From IMG/VR virus record IMGVR_UViG_3300044691_000465, positions 1 to 62,874 of that record: a stretch of 62,874 nucleotides of DNA; one strand, given 5' to 3'. This stretch comes from a virus. Lineage: Duplodnaviria; Caudoviricetes. Shown here in pieces: positions 54,720 to 62,874 of this stretch. The notes under the pieces were generated by a model. It was not told the origin of the DNA, did no database searches, and worked only from the letters and a program-made list of their open reading frames with translations. Both the position numbers and the translations under genes were made by a program. Positions within the stretch are counted from its first letter, which is position 1; the number at the start of each line of letters is the position of its first letter.

Positions 54720-55618
54720 TGCACGTTCACCTCGAAGGCATGGGCCTGCAAGGTTCGCTGCTCGCCCACCGGCTCAGCATGTATGGTGTGCCGTTCACGT
54801 GGCACGATATCAACCGCACGGAGACCGCGTGGAAGGCCTCCACCGGCGCAATCTACCCGGCCGACAGTACCAACCACGGTCCAGACCGCGATGCCTACAC
54901 GGTTTGGAAATCGTGGTACGAGCACGGCTACTTTGAGAAAGAGTTTCTCGAGCGCTCCGGTGGCATGGTGTTCTGCACTAAGCAGCCACCGCACAAGGGC
55001 AAGTACAAGTTCACCGAGCTCCCAGGCAACCTGCGCTTGGGCGAGCAGCCCTCGTTCCACTTCAACGCGCAGACCTTCGTGAAGACACAGCAGCACCATT
55101 GGCGGAGTGGCCGAAAGCAGGGACCCGTTACCGCTGACATGCACATTGTCACGCACGGTTGGGGCATGCGTCTTGGGCACGCCTATTGGGGCTGGACCCG
55201 GCTTGTGAAGCTGGCCTATCCACGCGTGATGCAGCCTGAAGAACACCACCGGCCTGCGTTCTACTTCCGGCCGAACCGTTACATGATGGCCTATGCCTAT
55301 CCCGTTCCAGGAACCGATTGGTACTACGCTGGCAGCTCCATCATGAAGCAGGCCAAAGACAAGCTGCACGAGCTGCCGATCGTTCCGAAATATGATCGCT
55401 GGAAAAAGACCTTCGAGGATATTGCCCAGGGGCAGGTCATGGTGAAGGAAGAAGGCGAGTACCTCACTGGCTGGCGCCCCGCTGCTGCCGACGAAGATAC
55501 AGCCTGGGTACGCCGCAAGGGCAACGTGCTGCTCATGCGCCCGCTCTGGAACAGCGGCATTCGCCACTTCCCCGTGCAATGGGCTGGCGTTGCCACACAG
55601 CTAGGATTGATACCATGA
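54719..55618 (+). CDS. FAD-dependent oxidoreductase/lyase (DAO-like)
   Basis: N-terminal GMGLQG Rossmann motif, AS.GA, TGWRP. Confidence 0.75.
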   Translation: MHVHLEGMGLQGSLLAHRLSMYGVPFTWHDINRTETAWKASTGAIYPADSTNHGPDRDAYTVWKSWYEHGYFEKEFLERSGGMVFCTKQPPHKGKYKFTELPGNLRLGEQPSFHFNAQTFVKTQQHHWRSGRKQGPVTADMHIVTHGWGMRLGHAYWGWTRLVKLAYPRVMQPEEHHRPAFYFRPNRYMMAYAYPVPGTDWYYAGSSIMKQAKDKLHELPIVPKYDRWKKTFEDIAQGQVMVKEEGEYLTGWRPAAADEDTAWVRRKGNVLLMRPLWNSGIRHFPVQWAGVATQLGLIP

Positions 55619-55812
55619 AGGCGATCGGCGGAGTTCCAACACCGAACCCGGATTGGGAGAAGGTGACACACGGCCCTGAGACCCGTCGTCTCATGGTTCC
55701 CGGAGGATGGCTTTATTTCGTATCGCCTTCTCATATGGAACCTTGTCTAGTTTTTGTCCCGGAACCAAAGCAAGGCGATTGAAGACCCTGACTTTCCCGC
55801 TATTGTTGCGGG

Positions 55813-56253
55813 ATGGCTTACAGGTTCGCCCAGGTTGACACAGACGAAGATGATGTGGTGGAGCTCCTGACCGAGCTCCATCTGCACACCTTTGGTGGCG
55901 CGGAAGAGGCGCCCTTGCCTCTGTGGGAGAACGGGCACTGGTGGATCGGCTGGGAACAACGTTCCGCCACACCAGCGGCCTTCTGCGGCATCACCCAATC
56001 CATACTCGGACCCGGTATAGGCTACCACAAGCGCGCTGGCGTCGTGAAGGGCCACTATGGCAATGGCCTGCAGCGCAGGATGATCCGACTGCGCGAGCGG
56101 AAAGCACGCTCTCTGGGCTTCACCCAAATTGTCACCGACACAACTAACAATTGGCGTTCCGCTAACAACCTGATTGCGGAGGGATACCGCTTGTGGGCAC
56201 CTGTGTATCCCTGGGCGTTCGAGGAAACGCTCTACTGGCGAAAGTTTCTCTAA
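55813..56253 (+). CDS. GNAT acetyltransferase
   Basis: V...HYGNGLQRRMI acetyl-CoA motif; N..SANNLI..GY. Confidence 0.85.
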   Translation: MAYRFAQVDTDEDDVVELLTELHLHTFGGAEEAPLPLWENGHWWIGWEQRSATPAAFCGITQSILGPGIGYHKRAGVVKGHYGNGLQRRMIRLRERKARSLGFTQIVTDTTNNWRSANNLIAEGYRLWAPVYPWAFEETLYWRKFL

Positions 56254-56268
56254 AGAAAAGGATAGGAC

Positions 56269-56508
56269 ATGTTTGTCACCATCGTTGCACTCATGTGCAT
56301 GACAACTGGTAACGTGCCGTTCTGCCGGGAAGAAATCGTTACCGACAGTTCCATCTCGGAGAACATCACGTTCTTCAGCTGCGCCAACGGCGCCCAGGCA
56401 CCATTGGCAGAATGGAAAGCCAACCACCCGGTCTACCGCAACGAGAATTGGACCATCAAGCGGTACATCTGCGTGCCCGGACACTACGTGATCAAGGACG
56501 CGATCTGA
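56269..56508 (+). CDS. Small Cys-containing, probably exported protein
   Basis: MFVTIVALMC...C.EEIVTD...SC...Q..LAEW...HP...C; AGAAAAGGA RBS. Confidence 0.65.
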   Translation: MFVTIVALMCMTTGNVPFCREEIVTDSSISENITFFSCANGAQAPLAEWKANHPVYRNENWTIKRYICVPGHYVIKDAI

Positions 56509-56981
56509 TGCAAGGCCATCTCGGCGATAATGTTCGCCCGTTCAAGCCCTCCAGCGGAGGTGGTGGCTCCAAGAAGGGCAAACCCCAATGGCACTGGCCT
56601 TGGGTTTTGAAAGCCATTGCTGACGCTATCTTTGAGCGAGCAAAAGGTTCAAGCGATGCTTGGAAGACAGATCGCAGCGCGCGACTGAGCCTTGCTCAAT
56701 TCAAAGACCGCATGGACGATATTGCGCCCGGCTGGGAAGACTACTGCAGCGCGGTAGGAGGCCATCGCGCTACGCCTTGGGCTGAGCTGCTTCACAATCG
56801 TGTTTACAAGATGCATTATTCTGGCACTAGCGATCGCGGTGTTGGCCACAGCCCAGAAACGCGCGCTTGCGATAGCAGTGAGCACTTGACCAAGCATTAC
56901 CACGTTAGCAGCCCGATGGCGAAATTGCACCTCGCCGTGGTGCGTGGCGAAACACGTGTAGACTGGAAATCATTCCTATGA
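56508..56981 (+). CDS. Hypothetical protein
   Basis: TGATG coupling. Confidence 0.5.
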   Translation: MQGHLGDNVRPFKPSSGGGGSKKGKPQWHWPWVLKAIADAIFERAKGSSDAWKTDRSARLSLAQFKDRMDDIAPGWEDYCSAVGGHRATPWAELLHNRVYKMHYSGTSDRGVGHSPETRACDSSEHLTKHYHVSSPMAKLHLAVVRGETRVDWKSFL

Positions 56982-57235
56982 TCATCGTTCGAGTAGAGCT
57001 CTTGTCGGCCATCACTGGCAAGACAACCGAGCTGGCGCGCATGGACCTGTGCAACATCGGTGGCACCAGGAACAGCGGCGATTACTCGGTGCAGGCCATG
57101 CGAGGCCGCGACCACGCGACGTTGTCGAAAAGGATTGCACAGCGAGAAGGCAAAGTGTTAGGTCACCCGCGACTTTCCCAGCACGTCTGGTATCTCGTTG
57201 CCAAAGCCCTAAAGGCGCTCAGCTATGATCATTAA
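56978..57235 (+). CDS. Conserved phage hypothetical protein
   Basis: MI.V.VEL, NIGGT...GDY, PR....VW.LV.KAL. Confidence 0.65.
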   Translation: MIIVRVELLSAITGKTTELARMDLCNIGGTRNSGDYSVQAMRGRDHATLSKRIAQREGKVLGHPRLSQHVWYLVAKALKALSYDH

Positions 57236-57797
57236 CATCCGTGGCACGTCCGGCTCTGGCAAGAGCACGCTGGTACGAAACGTTACCGCGCTCTATCAGG
57301 CCCGCTTCCCGGTAAAGGTTGTCGGCCGCAAGCAGCCGATTGGCTACATTCACCAGTGCGGTACCGGCAAGAGCCTTGCTGTTGTGGGGCATTACGAGAC
57401 AGACTGTGGTGGCTGTGATACCATCGCCAACATGGACGAAATCTATGACAAAGTCCGGGAAGCGCACGCCGCTGGAATGGATGTTCTTTACGAAGGACTT
57501 CTCATTAGCGCCGATGCTAATCGAGTTATCGCTTTACATACTGACGGGCTTCCTGTTCGCGTCATTGCGCTGAACACGCCGCTGGACGTCTGCCTCGCCA
57601 GTGTCAACCACCGGCGCCGTAACACTGCCATGATCAAAGGCAAGGAATACAAAGGCGACGTCAATCCCAAGAACACCACGAGCAAGTTCGCTGGCGTTAA
57701 GTCCAGCCTGAAGCGGATCGAGGCCGCTGGCATTCCCAACAGCTGGGAGAGCCGCGAGAGCGCGCTGGCGCTGATCCGCACGGAGTTCAACCTATGA
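57225..57797 (+). CDS. P-loop kinase, putative 5-hmdU DNA kinase
   Basis: IRGTSGSGKST, GHYE..CGGCD and VLYEG; next to the dUMP hydroxymethylase. Confidence 0.82.
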   Translation: MIINIRGTSGSGKSTLVRNVTALYQARFPVKVVGRKQPIGYIHQCGTGKSLAVVGHYETDCGGCDTIANMDEIYDKVREAHAAGMDVLYEGLLISADANRVIALHTDGLPVRVIALNTPLDVCLASVNHRRRNTAMIKGKEYKGDVNPKNTTSKFAGVKSSLKRIEAAGIPNSWESRESALALIRTEFNL

Positions 57798-58690
57798 GCC
57801 AGGACATTTTCTTCGAGACGGCGCGCGAGCGCTATCGCATGATGCTGCGCAAGAACATTGCGGCAGAGGCTGACACCATCCTGCAGGATACAATCCTAGA
57901 CCGGCGCTGGTCTGATGATCCCATCTTCCAGGAGTTTCGCTTCTGCAACGTGTTTCGCGAAGACGACAAGGTCACCAAGTGGTTTCGCGAACACGTCCGC
58001 AACCCTTTGGGCGCAAGGCGAGCGGACCAAGTTCGTGCTGCCGTGGTGTTCCGTTGGTTCAACAACATCGCCACGGGCGAGCAGCTGGAAACATTCTTCC
58101 TGTTAGAGAATTGGAGGCATGAAGAGGCACGAGGCCTCGTGCAGCTGATGGCCGATCGCGGTGAACGCATTCTCAACCCGGCATATATGATCAAGTCGCC
58201 GCCAGGGATGAACAAAACAACCGGCCTGTTCCAGTGCATTGCCAACGTGCTCGACGACCTGGAGATGATCACCACCGAGATGATGGAAGGCTCCAGCCTG
58301 CAGAAGGCGCACACGCTGCTCCAGCGCTACCCGTACCTTGGCCCCTTCATGGCCTACCAGATGATCTGCGACCTTCGCTTCACCGGAGTGCTCGGCCACG
58401 CCACCGACATCAACACCTGGACTGCCCCTGGGCCAGGGTCTGCACGCGGCGTTGGTCGCATGTTCTTCAGTGATGTGGCAAGATACAACTATAACAGCGA
58501 GCGCGACCAGGAGCTGCTTTGCGACAAGATGCGCTACCTTCTTGAGTGCAGCCGGGAAGCAACCTTCTGGCCAACGGAATGGCCCAAGTGGGAGCTGAGC
58601 ACCGTGCAGCATTGGTGTTGCGAGTACGACAAGTACATGCGCGTCCTGTTGGGTGAAGGAACGCCGAAACAGAGATACCGTCCCGCGTAG
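57794..58690 (+). CDS. aGPT-Pplase-family helical protein (5-hmdU kinase-associated / second transferase-like)
   Basis: DPIFQEFRFCNVFREDD, FRWFN, GPFMAYQ..CDL, GPGS.RG and CEYDKY. Confidence 0.85.
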   Translation: MSQDIFFETARERYRMMLRKNIAAEADTILQDTILDRRWSDDPIFQEFRFCNVFREDDKVTKWFREHVRNPLGARRADQVRAAVVFRWFNNIATGEQLETFFLLENWRHEEARGLVQLMADRGERILNPAYMIKSPPGMNKTTGLFQCIANVLDDLEMITTEMMEGSSLQKAHTLLQRYPYLGPFMAYQMICDLRFTGVLGHATDINTWTAPGPGSARGVGRMFFSDVARYNYNSERDQELLCDKMRYLLECSREATFWPTEWPKWELSTVQHWCCEYDKYMRVLLGEGTPKQRYRPA

Positions 58691-58727
58691 TTGGCTTCTA
58701 ATGGCGCTACAGAAAAGGAATTGTCCC

Positions 58728-59729
58728 ATGCACGTTATCAATGTACGCAACGTTCACGACGCGTTGCCGGAAGCACTGCGCGAGCTGGCCCGACTGCCCA
58801 ACGGTGGCGTGCAGCGAGAGACGCGCAACGGCGCCGTGCGCATGTTCCCCATGCCAGTCACCACGGTGTACAGCGAGCCAACCGAGCGGGTTATGTTCCA
58901 CCCGGAACGCGACTGCAACCCGTTCTTCCACCTATACGAGAGCCTGTGGATGTTGGCCGGAAGGCGAGACGTGAAGAGCGTTGCGCACTATGTCAAGCGC
59001 ATGGCCGACTTTAGCGATGATGGTGTGAACTTCCATGCAGCCTACGGCTACCGCTGGCGCAAGCACTTCAAATTCGACCAGATCAGTCGCATCATCAAAG
59101 CGCTGAGCACCAACCCAGATGACCGCCGCTGCGTGCTCCAGATGTGGGACGCCAAGGTCGACCTTGGGCAGGAGGGCAAGGACTTCCCCTGCAACACCAT
59201 CGCCACGTTCAGCGTCAACTGGCTTGGCAAAGTTGACATGACCGTGTTCAACCGCTCCAATGATATCGTGTGGGGCGCTTACGGCGCCAACGCTGTGCAC
59301 TTCTCCATGCTGCAGGAATACATTGCAGCCTCGATCGGCCGGGAGACCGGCATGTACTTTCAAGTCTCAACCAATTTCCACGGCTACCTTCAGACGTTGG
59401 AGCCCGTGCTTGAGCTTGTGAACTCATACGACAATCCGTACAAGATGGACGAAGTGAAGCCCTTCCCGATCATGACCGAAGGGCAAGCGGCGTTCGACCT
59501 GGACCTGTCAACGTACCTGGCACGTGGGCCAATCGTCGGCTTCAGCACCGCGTTCTTCCGGAAGGTTGTAACGCCAATGCATTGGGCGCACGAGGCCTAC
59601 AAGGCCGGTGGCGTCGATCGTTTCATCAATGCCATGGAAATCCTGAACCAATGCGAGGCCACTGACTGGCGCCGCGCGGCGATGGAGTGGATCATAAGGA
59701 GGCAACTCAATGCACAACGTTTCCGTTAA
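58728..59729 (+). CDS. Thymidylate synthase-family dUMP hydroxymethylase
   Basis: NPFFH..E.LWML.G, AYG.R, DRR.VL, catalytic PCN, RSND..WG..GAN (Asn indicates dUMP), NFH.Y. Confidence 0.88.
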   Translation: MHVINVRNVHDALPEALRELARLPNGGVQRETRNGAVRMFPMPVTTVYSEPTERVMFHPERDCNPFFHLYESLWMLAGRRDVKSVAHYVKRMADFSDDGVNFHAAYGYRWRKHFKFDQISRIIKALSTNPDDRRCVLQMWDAKVDLGQEGKDFPCNTIATFSVNWLGKVDMTVFNRSNDIVWGAYGANAVHFSMLQEYIAASIGRETGMYFQVSTNFHGYLQTLEPVLELVNSYDNPYKMDEVKPFPIMTEGQAAFDLDLSTYLARGPIVGFSTAFFRKVVTPMHWAHEAYKAGGVDRFINAMEILNQCEATDWRRAAMEWIIRRQLNAQRFR

Positions 59730-60270
59730 GAAGCTCGCCGAAAGCGTCGTCCAGAGCCGCTCCGGCGGCAAGGTGGAGCGCTGCCACGGCCTCCCACACC
59801 ATGGCACCTACAGCAACGCGGCGCACCAATGGGGCGTGGCCATGCTGATGCATTACCTCTGGCCGGATGACTTTCCGCGCCTCGCGCTGGTGTGCCTCTC
59901 GCACGACGTTCCGGAAGCCTGGGTAGGCGACATTCCGGCGCCGACGTGCCGCTATATGCCTGGGCTAAAGGAAGGCCTGAACGAAGCGGAGGGCAACATC
60001 AACGAGGACCTGCTGCTGCCTGCTGAGCACAAGCTAGAGGCGATCGACTACGCCAAGCTGAAGTGCTGCGACCGGCTTGAGTTCTGGCTTTGGTGCTGTG
60101 AGCAGGAGCTCTACGGCAACCTCTACGCCAAGGAAGGCCGCAAGGAGATCGAACGCTACTTCGTCGAGGTGCCGCTGCTTCCTGAAGCCCAGGAGCTGTT
60201 CATGGAAATGCGTTCCATGGACCTGCTGCCGGTGCAGGCTGGTGTTATGAAGGCCGCGTTCGGCGGATGA
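59710..60270 (+). CDS. HD-domain 5'-deoxynucleotidase (YfbR-like)
   Basis: V.R.H, S.A.H, HDVPE...GDIP.P and K..DRLE. Confidence 0.85.
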   Translation: MHNVSVKKLAESVVQSRSGGKVERCHGLPHHGTYSNAAHQWGVAMLMHYLWPDDFPRLALVCLSHDVPEAWVGDIPAPTCRYMPGLKEGLNEAEGNINEDLLLPAEHKLEAIDYAKLKCCDRLEFWLWCCEQELYGNLYAKEGRKEIERYFVEVPLLPEAQELFMEMRSMDLLPVQAGVMKAAFGG

Positions 60271-60410
60271 AGATAGAGCTCGCACCAGTGCGCGCCGAAG
60301 ACGGAAGCGTGTTGCTCTTTGACATCTTCGTCGATGGCGTTTGGCACGGGTCGCGGAGGCTTGAACGTCACTGCATTCAATATTTACGGGAGCTGAAACA
60401 TGTCCGCTAA
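60267..60410 (+). CDS. 47-aa hypothetical protein
   Basis: ATGA overlap; FDIFVDGVWHGSRR. Confidence 0.45.
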   Translation: MKIELAPVRAEDGSVLLFDIFVDGVWHGSRRLERHCIQYLRELKHVR

Positions 60411-60810
60411 TTCAAAACAAATCGGTGGGAGCCACTACGCCGCGTCGCTTCAACATTGGGACATGATTGAAGAACACGGTATTGGCTACCTCGAAGGCTG
60501 TGCCTCGAAGTATGTCAGCCGCTGGCGCAAGAAGAACGGCCTCCAGGACCTGGAGAAGGGCCTGCACTATACCGAGAAGCTGATTGAGCTCGCCATGCCG
60601 ATCCAAGGACGCCACACGCGGCATCCCCGCGGCATCGTTCCGTTGGACGTTATTCAACGGTTCGTGATTGCCAACGAATTGGAGTTCATCGATCATGCCA
60701 TCCTCACCGGACTTCTCCGGTGGAAGGAAGTTTCCGAGCTTCAACTCGCTGCGGTTCATTTCCAGCAGCTCATTCAAGAGGTTAAGAATGGCACGGCACA
60801 CAAGGTATGA
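60400..60810 (+). CDS. DUF3310 family (putative nucleotide kinase) protein
   Basis: QIGGSHY, QHWD, GYLEG...KY..RW.KKNG.QDLEK..HY. Confidence 0.85.
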   Translation: MSANSKQIGGSHYAASLQHWDMIEEHGIGYLEGCASKYVSRWRKKNGLQDLEKGLHYTEKLIELAMPIQGRHTRHPRGIVPLDVIQRFVIANELEFIDHAILTGLLRWKEVSELQLAAVHFQQLIQEVKNGTAHKV

Positions 60811-61297
60811 GGCTATCCATCATTTCGTCAGCGAAGAAAGTCGGGCGGCTTTTCTGGAGTTGACAAATGGTTTGCTCCGGAAGGACGCTGGCGAATATGT
60901 TCATACGCGCACAGGTGACCCGGAAGACGAGCAGTTTCATTACCAACGGCGCCTTGGTATAGCTCTGTTGACCGCGTTCAAGCGCCCTAATCAGAGCGTT
61001 GAGCTCGAAGACTTCATGATTGCAGCTGCGGACTTTAAGTATCACAGCGTTGCCAGCGTGAAAAGTTATCTGCATGAAATGGCTAACGAGGGTGTTGTGG
61101 CTTCGCATGGGCGTGGGCATAACTCTTGGTATCTCACGAAAGAATTTAAGAATGACCCAGCTTCCCCTGTTCGCTCCGACGTCGACGTGGTCGCCACCCG
61201 ACATGAGCTGCCTTCCGGACTGGAGCTCAGCGAAGCGGGTAGCCATCGATGTGGAGACCAAGGACATTCACATCAAGACCCTGGGCATCGGGGTTAG
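60788..61297 (+). CDS. Hypothetical protein, possible winged helix; overlaps the polA start
   Basis: GAGG RBS; SVKSYL.EM..EG.V...G.G..SWY. Confidence 0.45.
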   Translation: MARHTRYEAIHHFVSEESRAAFLELTNGLLRKDAGEYVHTRTGDPEDEQFHYQRRLGIALLTAFKRPNQSVELEDFMIAAADFKYHSVASVKSYLHEMANEGVVASHGRGHNSWYLTKEFKNDPASPVRSDVDVVATRHELPSGLELSEAGSHRCGDQGHSHQDPGHRG

Positions 61298-62874
61298 GCG
61301 CGGCGGTTACATCACTGGCTACTCGTTCGCGATCGAGGATGGCCCCAAGCACTACCTGCCTGTTCGGCACGCTGGTGGCGACAACCTGGACGCCATTCAG
61401 GTTCGGCGCTACCTTCGGGCGCAGGCAGAGAAATTCAAGGGTGACTTCGTCGGCGCGAACCTCGCGTACGACATGGACTACATGCTCTCCGAGGGCATTG
61501 ATTGGAAGCACGTGCGCTACTGGCGCGACGTGCAGGTGGCTGCACCGCTAATCAACGAGCTCCACGACCGCTTCAGCCTGCAGCACATCTGCGAGCGCTA
61601 TGGCTTGCCGGGCAAGGACGAGGCCGTTCTGCGTGAGGCAGCGCGTGCCTACAACGTCGATCCGAAAGGTGGCATGTGGCAGCTTCCAGCCCGCTTTGTT
61701 GGGCAGTATGCAGAGGCCGATTGCGAGCAGCCACTGCTGGTATCACGGAAACAAGAACGGGAGATCGACGATGAAGGGCTGTGGAAAATCTATAACCTTG
61801 AAAGTCAGGTGCTCCCGGTGCTCGTCCGGATGCGGCGACGTGGTGTGCTTATCGATCAAACGAAGCTGGAGCAGATCGAAAACTGGTCCCTCGCCCAAGA
61901 GGCAGCAGCGCTTGACCAAGTTCGAGCAGCGACTGGTGTCAAGATTAATGTCGGAGACGTTTGGAAGGGCGATGTTCTTGCTCCCGCGCTCGAAGCAATT
62001 GGTATCAAGCTTGAGCGTACTGCAAACGGTAAGCCCTCCATTCGCAAGGATGTGCTAGCCGACGTCAACCACCCGGTGGCCGACGCGTTGGCTCGTGCGC
62101 GCAAGGTGAACAAGCTGCGCACCACGTTCGCTGCCTCCATCCGCCGTTATATGACCAATGGCCGCATTCACTGCACGTTCCACCAGATCGCGCGAGAGGA
62201 CGAAGACACGGGCGACCAACGCGGCGCGCGCTATGGGCGCCTCAGCTGCGTCGACCCGAACATGCAGCAGCAACCAAGCCGCGACGAGTTTGCCAAGGAG
62301 TGGCGGTCGATCTACATCCCAGAGCCGGACACGCTTTGGGCCTCGAACGACTACAGCCAGCAAGAGCCACGCTGGACAACGCACTTCGCTGCAATCGCTA
62401 AGAAGGGTGGCCTTCCTGGCGCGCTGGAGGCCTGTGCTGCCTACCACGCGGACCCGCTGCTGGACAACCACCAGTTCATGGCGGACCTGACCAAGCTGCC
62501 CCGCAAGTTCGCGAAGAACATCTACCTTGGCCTCTGCTATGGTGAAGGTGGCGCAAAGCTGGCCCGCGACTGCGGCTTGCCTACTCGTTGGGCTTGCGCT
62601 CTGGGCGGATGGAAGAACAGGGAATTGTTCTACTTTGAAGACCGCAACGATGCGATAGCCAAACGCCAGGATGCAGGTGAGGGCTATGTTTTTGAAACCG
62701 CTGGCATCGAGGCACAGAAGATTATTGACACCTTTGACGAGCGTGCACCGTTCATCAAGCAGCTGGCGGACTTTGCCAAAGACCGCGCTAACAAGAACGG
62801 TTTCATCATCACGGGAGGCGGACGCAAACTGCACTTCCCGCAGAAGGTGGACGGAAGTTTTGATTGGTGTCACA
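61152..62874 (+). CDS. polA: Family A DNA polymerase with 3'-5' exonuclease (runs off the window end; absent from the ORF track)
   Basis: Translated by hand: MTQLPLF..., IDVETKD (ExoI), NLAYD, YAEAD, GRLS...PNMQQQP, motif A DYSQQEPR, motif B RKFAKNIYLGLCYG. Confidence 0.93.
   Translation, partial: MTQLPLFAPTSTWSPPDMSCLPDWSSAKRVAIDVETKDIHIKTLGIGVRRGGYITGYSFAIEDGPKHYLPVRHAGGDNLDAIQVRRYLRAQAEKFKGDFVGANLAYDMDYMLSEGIDWKHVRYWRDVQVAAPLINELHDRFSLQHICERYGLPGKDEAVLREAARAYNVDPKGGMWQLPARFVGQYAEADCEQPLLVSRKQEREIDDEGLWKIYNLESQVLPVLVRMRRRGVLIDQTKLEQIENWSLAQEAAALDQVRAATGVKINVGDVWKGDVLAPALEAIGIKLERTANGKPSIRKDVLADVNHPVADALARARKVNKLRTTFAASIRRYMTNGRIHCTFHQIAREDEDTGDQRGARYGRLSCVDPNMQQQPSRDEFAKEWRSIYIPEPDTLWASNDYSQQEPRWTTHFAAIAKKGGLPGALEACAAYHADPLLDNHQFMADLTKLPRKFAKNIYLGLCYGEGGAKLARDCGLPTRWACALGGWKNRELFYFEDRNDAIAKRQDAGEGYVFETAGIEAQKIIDTFDERAPFIKQLADFAKDRANKNGFIITGGGRKLHFPQKVDGSFDWCH

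Larger units (their letters stand above)
1..62874. mobile_element. Tailed dsDNA phage (siphovirus), near-complete genome; YuA/M6/PaMx11-like replication and head modules with a GTA-like tail tip
   Basis: Terminase, portal, capsid, tail tube, tape measure, lysin, primase, PolA and RNR are all present in phage-typical order; no host housekeeping genes or integrase seen. Confidence 0.95.

Noticed and set aside
3419-58720. Recurrent CAGAAAAGGA motif as a regulator site
   Set aside because: Wherever noticed it lies a few bases before a start codon; best explained as a strong Shine-Dalgarno sequence
58728-62874. Missing dCMP deaminase as a gap in the hmdU pathway
   Set aside because: The window is cut inside polA, so the gene may lie in the unseen segment, or the host may supply dUMP

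Overview
The window is almost a whole genome of a lytic-looking, GC-rich siphovirus. It starts inside a nuclease gene and ends inside the DNA polymerase gene. The replication, nucleotide and head modules are arranged as in YuA/M6/PaMx11-like phages. The tail tip is GTA-like (DUF2460 distal tail, DUF2163 hub, large tip protein), and CtrA-type boxes sit upstream of the early promoters, which points to an alphaproteobacterial host. Gene order: nuclease, HTH, primase-helicase (1-3.1 kb); small early and accessory genes including a MazG-like enzyme, ASCH, exonuclease, NDT, fatty-acid hydroxylase and HTH-metallophosphoesterase (3.1-14.5 kb); terminase, portal, MuF, an inverted early-gene cassette, scaffold, capsid, neck and tail (14.8-40.8 kb); lysis (40.8-43.0 kb); helicases, SSB and class II RNR (43.4-50.7 kb); a thymidine hypermodification cluster (53-60.8 kb); PolA (61.2 kb to end). 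The strongest unexplained signals are: (1) two copies of a ~190-bp non-coding element with conserved spacing that bracket the whole virion/lysis module; (2) TTAACC boxes exactly 19 bp upstream of the -35 in five promoters; (3) two small basic proteins behind MuF sharing an N-terminal NPYHDAKGLF tag; (4) structured RNA elements around the SSB, scaffold and capsid genes; (5) a PaMx11-type hypermodification pathway in an apparently alphaproteobacterial phage. All family calls come from motif recognition by eye; no database searches were run. No integrase, tRNA or CRISPR array was seen.
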